NCBI GenBank assembly: GCA_031257115.1
Contig: JAIRPF010000044.1
Coordinates: 9,761 to 73,760 of the forward strand
DNA: 64,000 bases
Direction: 5' to 3'
Origin: Accumulibacter sp.
GTDB taxonomy: Bacteria > Pseudomonadota > Gammaproteobacteria > Burkholderiales > Rhodocyclaceae
The notes below the pieces were generated by a model. It saw only the letters and a list, made by a program, of their open reading frames with translations. It was not told where the DNA came from and ran no database searches. Positions within the stretch are counted from its first letter, which is position 1. The number at the start of each line of letters is the position of its first letter. Below are positions 49,316 through 58,937 of this stretch, in pieces. The position numbers were made by a program, and so were the translations under genes.

Positions 49316-52300
49316 ATGACCAACAAGCACAACCCAAAATTTCAGGAGCTCGTCGCCAAGCTGCGCGAAATTTTCCAGATCGACCGCCCGGAACTCGACT
49401 TCGGCATCTACCGCATCCTCAACGCCCGCGCTGGTGAGATCAACGGCTATCTGGAAAACCGGCTGGCGGAAAAGGTGCGAGCCGCGCTATCAGCGGGCAA
49501 CGCCGCCAGCGCCACGGCTTTGCAGGCCGAATTGCAGGAAGCCGAAAAGAACGCGCGGGCGCTCGGCGTCAGCCCCGATGCCGTGCCCAAGGCGCAGGAA
49601 TTGCGCGCCAGGCTGAAAGACGCCACCCAAGGCGCAAACGAACACGAAAACGCCGTGTTCTCGCACCTGCTCACCTTCTTCTCTCGCTACTACGAGCAAG
49701 GCGACTTCATCAGCCAGCGCCGCTACAAGGGCGACACCTACGCCATCCCCTACGCGGGCGAGGAGGTGATGCTGCACTGGGCCAACAAGGATCAGTACTA
49801 CACCAAGAGCGGCGAGAACTTCAGCAATTACAGCTTCAAGCTGGAAGACGGGCGCACCGTGCATTTCCGCCTCGTGGCAGCGGATACCGCCAAGGACAAC
49901 CGCAAGGACAACGACAAGGAACGCCGTTTCGCGCTGGTCGAGAAGAAGACCGTCACCCGTATCGACGAACAGGGCGACGAGCACGGGGAAGACATCCTGC
50001 CGGTGGAGGAAGTGAACGGCGCGGACGGCCGCAAGGCGCTGATCGTCCGCTTCGACTACGCCGCCCAGCCCAAAGGCACCAAGCAGGAGGCGCTGGTGAC
50101 GAAGGCAGTGGATGCCGTGCTGGCGGATGCAGCGGTCAAGGCGCGCTGGCTGGCCTTGGGCAACCTCGCACCCACGGAAAAGAATCCGCAGCGCACCCTG
50201 CTGGAAAAGCACCTGACCGACTACACCGCCAAGAACACGGCGGACTACTTCATCCACAAGGACTTGGGCGGCTTCCTGCGCCGCGAGCTGGACTTCTACA
50301 TCAAGAACGAAGTGATGCACCTGGACGATGTGCAGAACGCGGGCGCGTTCGCGGACATCGAGAAGAACCTGCGGATGATCCAGTGCCTGCGCGCGATTGC
50401 GCTGGATCTGATCGCCTTTCTCGCGCAGTTGGAGGATTTCCAGAAAAAGCTGTGGCTGAAGAAGAAGTTCGTGGTCTCCAGCCACTACTGCATCACGCTG
50501 GATCGCGTGCCGGAGGCGCTATGGCCGGAGATCGTGGCGAACGACCGGCAATGGGCGCAGTGGCAGCAGCTTGGATTGAGAGAAGTTTCGAAATCCGGTG
50601 AGATCGACGACCTTAAGCAGAACCCATACCTTCTGATAGACACGTCCCTTTATTCAGATTCGTTTGGAAGGCGCCTTCTCAGTGCGTTGGAAAACTTGGA
50701 TGTCACGTCGAATGGACTGTTGATTCACGGTGACAACTTTCAAGGGCTTAGGTTACTTGCCGAAAAAGCGCGGGGACGGATTCAGTCTGTTTACATTGAT
50801 CCGCCGTACAACACAAACGCCTCTGCGATTGCTTATAAAAACGGCTTCAAAGATTCCTCTTGGTTGTCGCTGATGGAAAGCAGGCTTTCCGCGGTACGCC
50901 CGATGTTGACCCCCAAGTCCGTGGTCTGCATCGCTATAGATGACGTGGAAGCGGCAAATCTTAAGTTGTCTGTTTCCAGACTGTTCCATGCTGTCCTCGG
51001 GGTTGCGGCTGTCAGAAGTAATCCGTCTGGCCGATCCACTCCAAAGGGGTTTGCCGAAGCGCATGAATACGCGATTTTTGCCGCTGCTGGAGAGGATGCC
51101 TCTGTGGGCAGGTTGCCTAGAAACGAGAAGCAGCTGGCGCGCTACTCAGAGACTGATGATCGCGGGCACTTTGAGTGGGTCAACTTCCGGAAGCACGGCG
51201 GAATAGAAGCCACGAGGCGAGCGCGACCGCGCATGTACTACCCGATCTATGCTTCCTCTGAAAAAGTTCGCCTTCCACAATTAGAATGGAACGAACAGGC
51301 GAATGCTTGGAACGTGCTTGAGAAGCCGCGCCAAGGCGAGCAGGTAATCTGGCCCCATAGCGAATCCGGCGATGAACTTCGGTGGAAGTGGGGAAAGGAT
51401 TCTTTCCTGGATGAAATCGAGCATTTCAAGGCACGGCCCGATCAGGCCGGAAAAATGGGAATCTACATGAAGTCACGGATGAGCGCTGACGGAATGCTGC
51501 CCGTGACTTGGTGGGATAACAAGGAATACTCGGCTACCGAGTATGGAACGAATCTTTTGACGAAGATGTTCGGGCGCATTGCGGATTTTTCGTTCCCTAA
51601 AGCGGTTCAGCTAGTGATGGACTGTTTGCGTGCGACGAATATGAGTTCTAAAGACACAGTCATCGACTTCTTCGCCGGATCTGGAACAACTGCTCACGCC
51701 GTGATTGATATGAACCGGAAGGACGGAGGGAGCCGGAAATACATCCTGATCGAACAAGGTGAGTACTTCAACAACGTGACCAAGCCGCGTGTCCTGAAAT
51801 CTGCATTCAGTCCGGAATGGAGAGACGGCAAGCCCGCGAAACCTAATACACTAGGTGCATCCCACTGCTTCAAAGTCCTCAAACTCGAAAGCTACGAAGA
51901 CACCCTGAACAACCTGCGCCTGAACCGCACATCCGCGCAGGGCGAACTGCTGTCCACCTTGCCGCAGCAAGCCCGGGACGACTACCTGCTGCACTATATG
52001 CTGGACGTGGAAAGCCGTGGCTCGCTGCTGTCGGTGGCGGATTTCAAGAAGCCCTTCGACTACACCCTGAACGTGGCCGTGGATTCAGCGGGCGCGTTCG
52101 AGCCGCGCAAGATTGATCTGGTGGAAACCTTCAACTACCTGATTGGCCTGCGCGTCAAGCACATCGACGCCCAGCCGGAGCGCGGCTTCGTCACCGTCAC
52201 CGGCACCCTGCCCAGCGGTGAAACCTGCCTCGTCCTCTGGCGCGACTGCGATGTGCTGGACTACGAAGGTATCAGCAATCTGTGCGACAAGCTCGCCATC

Positions 52301-52465
52301 AACCCGGCGGACAACGAGTTCGACGTGGTTTATCTCAACGGCGACCATAACATCCCGACCGTGCTCACCCAGACCGCCGAGGAAGGCGGAGCCACCCGCG
52401 TGTTCAAGCTGCGCCAGATTGAACCCGAATTCCTCGACCGTATGTTCAATGTGGAGGACATCTGA
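49316..52465 (+). CDS. mod: type III R-M Mod-like adenine DNA methyltransferase (long form)
   Basis: ELDFGIYRI N-terminus, YIDPPYN (motif IV) before DFFAGSGTT (motif I), i.e. beta class. Confidence 0.9.
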   Translation: MTNKHNPKFQELVAKLREIFQIDRPELDFGIYRILNARAGEINGYLENRLAEKVRAALSAGNAASATALQAELQEAEKNARALGVSPDAVPKAQELRARLKDATQGANEHENAVFSHLLTFFSRYYEQGDFISQRRYKGDTYAIPYAGEEVMLHWANKDQYYTKSGENFSNYSFKLEDGRTVHFRLVAADTAKDNRKDNDKERRFALVEKKTVTRIDEQGDEHGEDILPVEEVNGADGRKALIVRFDYAAQPKGTKQEALVTKAVDAVLADAAVKARWLALGNLAPTEKNPQRTLLEKHLTDYTAKNTADYFIHKDLGGFLRRELDFYIKNEVMHLDDVQNAGAFADIEKNLRMIQCLRAIALDLIAFLAQLEDFQKKLWLKKKFVVSSHYCITLDRVPEALWPEIVANDRQWAQWQQLGLREVSKSGEIDDLKQNPYLLIDTSLYSDSFGRRLLSALENLDVTSNGLLIHGDNFQGLRLLAEKARGRIQSVYIDPPYNTNASAIAYKNGFKDSSWLSLMESRLSAVRPMLTPKSVVCIAIDDVEAANLKLSVSRLFHAVLGVAAVRSNPSGRSTPKGFAEAHEYAIFAAAGEDASVGRLPRNEKQLARYSETDDRGHFEWVNFRKHGGIEATRRARPRMYYPIYASSEKVRLPQLEWNEQANAWNVLEKPRQGEQVIWPHSESGDELRWKWGKDSFLDEIEHFKARPDQAGKMGIYMKSRMSADGMLPVTWWDNKEYSATEYGTNLLTKMFGRIADFSFPKAVQLVMDCLRATNMSSKDTVIDFFAGSGTTAHAVIDMNRKDGGSRKYILIEQGEYFNNVTKPRVLKSAFSPEWRDGKPAKPNTLGASHCFKVLKLESYEDTLNNLRLNRTSAQGELLSTLPQQARDDYLLHYMLDVESRGSLLSVADFKKPFDYTLNVAVDSAGAFEPRKIDLVETFNYLIGLRVKHIDAQPERGFVTVTGTLPSGETCLVLWRDCDVLDYEGISNLCDKLAINPADNEFDVVYLNGDHNIPTVLTQTAEEGGATRVFKLRQIEPEFLDRMFNVEDI

Positions 52466-53595
52466 TGAACGCTCATCACAAACCACATCACCTGCAAGGG
52501 CGAATCACGGAAGTCTCCATCGAGGGTTTCCGCAGCCTGAAACGCATCGAAAAATTGCAGCTTCCGCAGTTGACGGTGCTGATCGGCGCGAACGGCGTGG
52601 GAAAATCCAGCTTCATCCGCTTCTTTGAAATGCTGGGCTGGATGCTTCGCGCCCGGAACCTGCAAGATTTCGTCGTCCGCAAGGGTGGTGGCGATGATCA
52701 GTTTTTCATGGGATCTCGCACCACGCCGCAGATCAAGGCCGAATTGCGGATCGCCACCGACAAGGGATTCAACGACTACCAGTTCGAGATGGCGCATCTG
52801 TCGGCGGGCGATACGGTGATGTTGACGCACGAGGCGTATCGGTATTCCGACGCCAGCAAATCCGGGCAGGCCAAGTGGAGCAATTTGTCGGGTGTTGGCA
52901 AAGAGTCGTCACTGCCGGATCAGGACAACAAGACGGCCAAGACCATCTACATCTTGCTCCGGCAATGTTCGACCTATCAGTTCCACGACACGTCCGCCAA
53001 CGCCTCGTTGCACCAGCGTTGGGACGTTTCCGACTTTGCGCGCCTGCGTTCGGATGGCGGCAATCTTGCTGCCGTGCTGCTCGATCTGCGCGAGAACGAT
53101 TTACCACGCTATCGACAGTTGGTGCGCCAGATTCAGCGCGTGTTCCCCACGCTGGAGGATTTCATTCTGGAGCCGGTGGCAGGCAAGGTACTGCTGCGCT
53201 GGAAGAGCAAATACAGCGACAAGGTGTTCGGCGCGCATCTGACTTCCGATGGTTCCTTGCGCCTGTTCTGTCTGCTGACGCTCCTCAGCCTGCCGGACGA
53301 ACGCCTGCCGGACATGCTGTTTTTCGACGAACCCGAACTGGGCCTGCACCCGCACGCTATCACACTGGTGTCGGAAATGCTCAAGCGCGTCGCCAAGACG
53401 CGACAGGTCTTCATCGCCACGCAGTCGCCCTACATGGTGGATTGCTTCGACTTGGAGAACATCATTGTCGCCGAAACCACAAATGGCGCGACCACGTTGC
53501 GGAATCTGCCGAAGGAGCAGTATCAGCAGTGGCTCGATGACGACTACCTGTTGTCGGATATCTGGTTGAAGACGCCGGCCGGGGTGTCTGCATGA
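52465..53595 (+). CDS. ABC-type (AAA_21-like) ATPase
   Basis: GANGVGKS Walker A, TSDGSLR signature, FFDEPELGLHP Walker B/D-loop, ATQSP. No TM segments. TGATG coupling to mod. Confidence 0.88.
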   Translation: MNAHHKPHHLQGRITEVSIEGFRSLKRIEKLQLPQLTVLIGANGVGKSSFIRFFEMLGWMLRARNLQDFVVRKGGGDDQFFMGSRTTPQIKAELRIATDKGFNDYQFEMAHLSAGDTVMLTHEAYRYSDASKSGQAKWSNLSGVGKESSLPDQDNKTAKTIYILLRQCSTYQFHDTSANASLHQRWDVSDFARLRSDGGNLAAVLLDLRENDLPRYRQLVRQIQRVFPTLEDFILEPVAGKVLLRWKSKYSDKVFGAHLTSDGSLRLFCLLTLLSLPDERLPDMLFFDEPELGLHPHAITLVSEMLKRVAKTRQVFIATQSPYMVDCFDLENIIVAETTNGATTLRNLPKEQYQQWLDDDYLLSDIWLKTPAGVSA

Positions 53596-54239
53596 TCCGC
53601 GTCTGCATCGTCTGCGAGGGCGCGACCGAAGCCGAATTCGTCAAGACTTGCCTCACGCCGCATCTGCTGAACCACAACGTCAATGCGTATCCCGAGATCC
53701 TTCAAGCGCCATCGGGACGGCATCGCGGCGGGCGCGTCACAGTCGAAAGACTGGCGCGATTCATCTCGCACGAATACCACGACACGGACCGCTTGACGAC
53801 ACTGGTGGATTTCTACGGCTTTCAGGATGCGGATGGACGCACACGGCAAGAACTGGAGACGGCCATTGCCGATGAAGTTGCGAAGCTCACCACCGGATTC
53901 GATCCACGCTTCGTGCGGCCGTATGTGCAGATGCACGAGTTCGAGGGATTGCTGTTCTCGGATGTCGAGCAGTTCCAATACGTTCTGGACGGTTGGGACG
54001 CGAATGTCCGACAGAAGCTGACGGATATTCGCGCGCAATTCCAGACGCCGGAAGACATCAACAACCACCGCGAAAGCGCGCCGTCCAAGCGGATACTTGC
54101 GACCTTCCCGAATGGAACCTACAACAAGACCGAGCACGGCCCAGTGATTGCGGAATCCATCGGGCTACCCGTGATTCGTCAGCAGTGCCCGCAGTTCAAC
54201 GACTGGTTGAGTATGCTGGAAACATGGGGGGCATCCTGA
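53592..54239 (+). CDS. DUF4276-like protein (TOPRIM-like acidic motifs)
   Basis: IVCEGATEAEF, TTLVDFYG, YVQMHEFEGLLFSD, PEDINN...PSKRI, YNKTEHG, CPQFNDWL. Confidence 0.75.
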   Translation: MIRVCIVCEGATEAEFVKTCLTPHLLNHNVNAYPEILQAPSGRHRGGRVTVERLARFISHEYHDTDRLTTLVDFYGFQDADGRTRQELETAIADEVAKLTTGFDPRFVRPYVQMHEFEGLLFSDVEQFQYVLDGWDANVRQKLTDIRAQFQTPEDINNHRESAPSKRILATFPNGTYNKTEHGPVIAESIGLPVIRQQCPQFNDWLSMLETWGAS

Positions 54240-57200
54240 TGGCACCCCCCCAAAAAACCATTAAGCGCAGCTTTCATCAGGAACTGGTGCTCAACCGCTG
54301 GGTGCTGGGCTTCTTCCACGGCGGCACGCTGGCGGCGCTCAAGATGCGCCTGGGCGATGACCGCTTCGAGGGCATCGACGAGGACGGCCAGACCAAATTC
54401 TTCCACGAGCTGGTGCGCGGCCTGTTCGACCCCAACCGCGTGCCGGAGGCCGACCTGCGCCGCTACGACCTGAACGTGGTGGCGCACTGGCAGGCCATCA
54501 CCGCCCAGCGCAACAAGCAGGAAGGCCATGAGTTGCAGATGAAGTACTTCCAGTACCTCTCGCTGCTGCTCACCGAGCTGTATCTGGACTGGTATTTCAA
54601 CCACCGCCAAGACCTGCTGGACGGCCTGAACGAGGAGATGACGCGCTACCGCGCCGAGAACGGCGCGGAGCCGTTCCGCGACTTCGAGGCGGACGACCTG
54701 AACAAGATCGCCTTCTGGAACGCCACCGGCAGCGGCAAGACCCTGCTGCTGCACGTCAACATCCGCCAGTACCTGCACTACTTTCAGGCGGGACGCGGCG
54801 ATCACTACCCCAGCAAGATCATCCTGCTTACGCCCAACGAAGGCTTGAGCCGTCAGCATCTGGAGGAGCTGCACCTGTCCGGCTTCGGCTTCGCGCAGTT
54901 CTTCAACAAGACGCAGACCCCACCGCGCGGCACCATCGAAATCATCGACATCAACAAGCTGGGCGATGAGATGGGCGACAAGACCGTTGCCGTGGACGCC
55001 CTCGAGGGCAACAACCTCGTGCTGGTGGACGAAGGCCATCGCGGCACCGGCACGGCGGCGGGCGCGTGGATGGCGCGGCGCGACGCGCTGGTGCGCGGTG
55101 GCTTCGCCTTCGAATATTCGGCTACTTTCGGGCAGGCGGTGGCCAAGGGCATGACGGTGGCGCAGGCCGAAGAGGACATCCAGAAAAAGTGCGCCAAGAG
55201 GCTGTTCAACACCACCAGTCTGCGCAGTCTGGACGACGGGCAGAAGGCGCAATTGGCGCTGACGGCGGAGGACAAGCGCCGCGCGCGCATCATCGCCACC
55301 CGCGAGATTTACGCCAAGTGCATCCTGTTCGACTATTCCTACAAGTTCTTCTACGAGGACGGCCACGGCAAGGAATCGCTGATCCTCAACATGAACGGCG
55401 AAGCCTACGAAACGGACGACAACGCCACCAAATACTTCACCGCCTGCCTGCTGGCCTTCTACCAGCAGCTTTGGCTGTGGAGCACGCACCGATCGGCGCT
55501 TGCCGATTTCAACATCGAAAAGCCGCTGTGGGTGTTCGTGGGCAACACGGTGTCGGGCGAGGAATCGGACATTCTGGAAGTGGTGAACTTCCTCGCCGCG
55601 TTCTTGGACAACGACGCGCAGATCAAGACCTGGCTGGCCGCCCTGATTGCCGACCGCGCGCAGATTCTGGATGCCAAGGGCAACAACATCTTCTGCGGAC
55701 GCTTCAAGCCCTTGATGGGCTTCTCCGGCAAGGAGGATGAACTCTACGCGGATATTCTGCTGCGCGTGTTCAATGCACCGGCCAAGCAACGGCTGAAACT
55801 GGTCAACATCAAGAGCAGCAAGGGAGAACTTGCGCTGCGCGTGGGCGATGCGGAACCCTTCGGCCTCATCAACATCGGCGACGACGCGGGCTTCTACGGC
55901 ATGGCCGAGAATGTGAAAGCCTTTGACAGCGAGCGCGACGATTTCGGCGGTGCGCTGTTCGGCACGCTGAACAACAAGGACAGCCGCCTCAACGTGCTGA
56001 TTGGTTCGCGCAAGTTCACCGAGGGCTGGAGCAGTTGGCGCGTCTCGACGATGGGCCTGCTCAACATGGGGCAAGGCGAAGGTTCGCAGATCATCCAGTT
56101 GTTCGGACGCGGTGTGCGCCTGAAGGGCAAGGGCTTCTCGCTCAAGCGCGCCTTGCCGCAGGACAGGCCCAAGGGCACGCATCTGGACAAGCTGGAGGCG
56201 CTGAACATCTTTGGCGTACGCGCCAGCTACATGGCCGCGTTCAAGGATTATCTGCGCGAGGAAGGCATCACGCCCAGCGACGAGATTCTGGAACTGGACT
56301 TTCCGACGCGCGCCAACCTGCCCACGGACAAGCTCAGGACGCTGGCGCTCAAAGACGGCTACAAGGACAACCAGAAGCTCGGTTTCAAGCGCGCCCACTT
56401 CCCGTGGCTGTATGAGATTCCGGCGCAGTTTCAGGGCAAGATCAAAGCCCCGCATGTGGTGCTCGACCTGTATCCGCGCGTCGAGGCGCTGTCCAGCAAG
56501 GATAAGGGCGCAGCACCCACGACGGAAGCGCGCAACAAAGGCAAGCTGAATCAGACGCTGTTCTCGGTTTTCAATTGGGATCGCGTCTATCTGGCCTTGC
56601 AGGACTACAAGTTGCTGCGCAGCTGGAGCAACCTGCGGTTGGAACGGCAGAAGCTGATCGACTTCTGCGCGGGCGCGCAGGATTGGTACACGCTGTTCAT
56701 TCCGGCGGCGGAGCTGAACGTGACGACCTTCGCCGATATCCGCAAGCAGGAGGACATCCTGATCCGCCTGCTGACCGACTACACCGACCGCTTCTACAAA
56801 GCCTTGAAGACCGGCTACGAAGGCCAGTTCTACGGCATCATCCACATGGATGAAGATCATGGCTCGATGCTCAAGCTGTACCAGTTCGAGATCGAGAACA
56901 GCGACGACGGGCTGGAATATCAGGCCAAACTGGAAGTGCTGAAAAAACTGGTGGCCGAAGGCAAGATCGGCGAAGCCAGCCAGTGGAACGCGCCACACAT
57001 GGTGGCCATCAGCTTCGACCGGCACTTGTACTACCCGCTGCTGGCATTGGAGGACAAGGATGCCGTGCCGCTGAAGCTGCGCCCGCTAGCCTTCGATGCG
57101 CCGAGTGAATGGGAGTTTGTCCGCGATTTGGAGGCGTTCTACAACTCTGAGGATGGCAAGGAAGCCATTGGCCATCGCAGCCTGTACCTGCTGCGCAACG

Positions 57201-57583
57201 CGGATCGGGAGGAAAAGGGCTTGGGCTTCGCGCTGGCGGGCAACTTCTACCCAGACTTCCTGTTGTGGTTGGTGGACGACGCCAGCGGCAAGCAGTGGCT
57301 GACTTTCGTCGATCCGAAGGGGCTGCGCAATCTCGACCTAACACACCCTAAGCTGGGCCTCTATAAGGAAGTGAAAATCTTGGAGACGACGCTGGCGGGT
57401 CAGGCCAAGGCGGGCGAACCGCCGTTGGTGTTGAATGCCTTCGTACTGTCGCCGACGAAGTTTGCCGACCTGCTCAACGTGGGCGATCTCACGAAGAAGG
57501 CCGATCTGGAAAGTCGCCATGTGCTGTTCATGGAGGACGGTGGGAACGCCTACTTGAAGAAGCTGTTTGCCGTATTGATTTGA
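54239..57583 (+). CDS. res: type III R-M Res-like helicase-endonuclease
   Basis: NATGSGKT, VDEGHR, YSATF, KFTEGW, QLFGRGVRL, C-terminal FYPDFLLW...FVDPKG (PD-(D/E)XK). Confidence 0.9.
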   Translation: MAPPQKTIKRSFHQELVLNRWVLGFFHGGTLAALKMRLGDDRFEGIDEDGQTKFFHELVRGLFDPNRVPEADLRRYDLNVVAHWQAITAQRNKQEGHELQMKYFQYLSLLLTELYLDWYFNHRQDLLDGLNEEMTRYRAENGAEPFRDFEADDLNKIAFWNATGSGKTLLLHVNIRQYLHYFQAGRGDHYPSKIILLTPNEGLSRQHLEELHLSGFGFAQFFNKTQTPPRGTIEIIDINKLGDEMGDKTVAVDALEGNNLVLVDEGHRGTGTAAGAWMARRDALVRGGFAFEYSATFGQAVAKGMTVAQAEEDIQKKCAKRLFNTTSLRSLDDGQKAQLALTAEDKRRARIIATREIYAKCILFDYSYKFFYEDGHGKESLILNMNGEAYETDDNATKYFTACLLAFYQQLWLWSTHRSALADFNIEKPLWVFVGNTVSGEESDILEVVNFLAAFLDNDAQIKTWLAALIADRAQILDAKGNNIFCGRFKPLMGFSGKEDELYADILLRVFNAPAKQRLKLVNIKSSKGELALRVGDAEPFGLINIGDDAGFYGMAENVKAFDSERDDFGGALFGTLNNKDSRLNVLIGSRKFTEGWSSWRVSTMGLLNMGQGEGSQIIQLFGRGVRLKGKGFSLKRALPQDRPKGTHLDKLEALNIFGVRASYMAAFKDYLREEGITPSDEILELDFPTRANLPTDKLRTLALKDGYKDNQKLGFKRAHFPWLYEIPAQFQGKIKAPHVVLDLYPRVEALSSKDKGAAPTTEARNKGKLNQTLFSVFNWDRVYLALQDYKLLRSWSNLRLERQKLIDFCAGAQDWYTLFIPAAELNVTTFADIRKQEDILIRLLTDYTDRFYKALKTGYEGQFYGIIHMDEDHGSMLKLYQFEIENSDDGLEYQAKLEVLKKLVAEGKIGEASQWNAPHMVAISFDRHLYYPLLALEDKDAVPLKLRPLAFDAPSEWEFVRDLEAFYNSEDGKEAIGHRSLYLLRNADREEKGLGFALAGNFYPDFLLWLVDDASGKQWLTFVDPKGLRNLDLTHPKLGLYKEVKILETTLAGQAKAGEPPLVLNAFVLSPTKFADLLNVGDLTKKADLESRHVLFMEDGGNAYLKKLFAVLI

Positions 57584-57734
57584 TCGGTTATGGCGCGAGG
57601 ATGGCGGCCTCGGCTCTGCGCCGCGCCAAGAGGCCCGGCAACACTTTCCCTCCGCCGTAGCCCCAGCGCCGCAGCTTCGTCGCGGCAACGGGTCCGTCTC
57701 GCTGGCTGATCCGTCGCCGCAGGGTCGAGGTCTG

Positions 57735-57829
57735 CAAGCGCCCGCCTCGATGTCGAGGAACAGTGTGGTCTTGCCGATGCCGGACTTGCCGAGCATCAAC
57801 AGCTTGACGCCCTTGCGATCGGCCATGCG
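57735..57829 (-). pseudogene. fragment of a phage-type AAA (AAA_24/Sak4-like) ATP-binding gene
   Basis: MADRKGVKLLMLGKSGIGKT followed directly by TLFLDIEAG; internally deleted and truncated. Confidence 0.5.
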
Positions 57830-58371
57830 GGCTTAAACAGTTTTCTTGAAATCTGCTTGAGCATGAACTACCACAAGAAAGGCTTGAAGAAGCTCCTGCC
57901 GGCGATTCTGGACAATGACGTGGGCAGGTTGGTACTCACGCACAAGGACAGGTTGCTGCGCTTTGGCGCGGAACTGGTTTTCGGCATCTGCGAGGCGAAA
58001 CAAGTCGAGGCAGTCATCCTCAACCAGGGTAAGGACACGAGACAAGGCGGCGATGCGCGGCGGCATGGTCGTGGCGGCGGACAGGTTCTTCGCAAGCTCC
58101 AAGACCTGCTCTTGCTGCGGGCACAAGCTGGAAGGATTACCGCTTTCGGTACGGGAATGGACATGCCCACAATGCGGCGCGCATCATGACCGTGACGCAA
58201 ATGCCGCGATCAATTTGAAAAATTACGCCGTGAGTTCCACGGTGTCAGTCTGTGGAGAGGAAGACGCTGGCCCCTGTCGCAAGACAAGAGCGAAACCATC
58301 CTCGGCGAAGCAGGAAACCAACAATAGACTTACTCAGTTATGAGTAGATTTGTGTAAGTTTGGTAGAATGG
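57830..58371 (+). mobile_element. internally deleted IS607-family element (TnpA and TnpB fragments)
   Basis: TnpA piece MNYHKKGLKKLL...HKDRLLRFGAELVF; TnpB C-terminus ADRFFASSKTCSCCG...WTCPQCGAHHDRDANAAINL; GG at both apparent ends. Confidence 0.75.
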
Positions 58372-58767
58372 TATCTGTTCGGTGTATGTGTTGGTCGAAT
58401 CCAGCGCGCGGGAACGAATCCTGGGCTACTACACGCTCGGCGCGGCTGAAATCGATTCCACGCTGATGACGGAAAGCGACCGAAGAAACTTCCCCGTTAT
58501 CCGGTGCCCTGTTTTCGTCTGGGCCGCCTTGCCTGCCGCGCCGATGAACGGGGGCGCGGCCTGGGCAAAAGGCTGCTCGCTTGCGCTATCGACCGCTGCC
58601 TGATCGCTCGCGCCTACGTCGCCGCGTATGCCCTGACCGTCGATGCCAAGGACGCCAACGCCAAGGCTTTCTGCGCGCATTACGGTTTCACGCCACTTTC
58701 CGGCCGGCCAATGACGATGTACCTGCCATTGGCCGCAATGCCAAAACGGACGTCCGGCGGGAGATAA
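58370..58767 (+). pseudogene. GNAT acetyltransferase toxin-like gene, 5'-truncated and frameshifted
   Basis: ILGYYTL in one frame; LGRLAC...RGRGLG...VDAKD..A..F..HYGF in another. Confidence 0.7.
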
Positions 58768-58889
58768 CGCTTTTTGCCGATGGAATGGCGAATGGCGGAT
58801 TCACCAATAAAACCGCGTTGTCGGAAGTACACGCTTCAAGATTCTCAACTTCCATTTCGACAAGACTTATTTTTCTTGACGTATTGCCG

Positions 58890-58924
58890 TTTACGCCTAT
58901 TTAATGATACATTATCGGCGTAAA
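58890..58924. promoter_or_regulatory. operator palindrome upstream of the HTH-hipA pair
   Basis: TTTACGCC...GGCGTAAA arms downstream of TTGACG (58876). Confidence 0.5.
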
Positions 58925-58937
58925 TGCATCATGAAAG

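Noticed and set aside
49316-49700. Phase-variable mod (phasevarion)
   Set aside because: No simple-sequence repeat tract is visible in the 5' coding region or upstream of mod.
52465-53595. ATPase as a transporter subunit
   Set aside because: No adjacent permease, an SDG rather than LSGGQ signature, and an insert between Walker A and the signature typical of conflict-system ABC ATPases.
46141-57583. Calling the locus DISARM or BREX
   Set aside because: SNF2 + N6-MTase resembles DrmD/DrmMI, but there is no DUF1998 (DrmB), PLD (DrmC), PglZ or BrxC, and the last gene has Res-type motifs with a PD-(D/E)XK tail.
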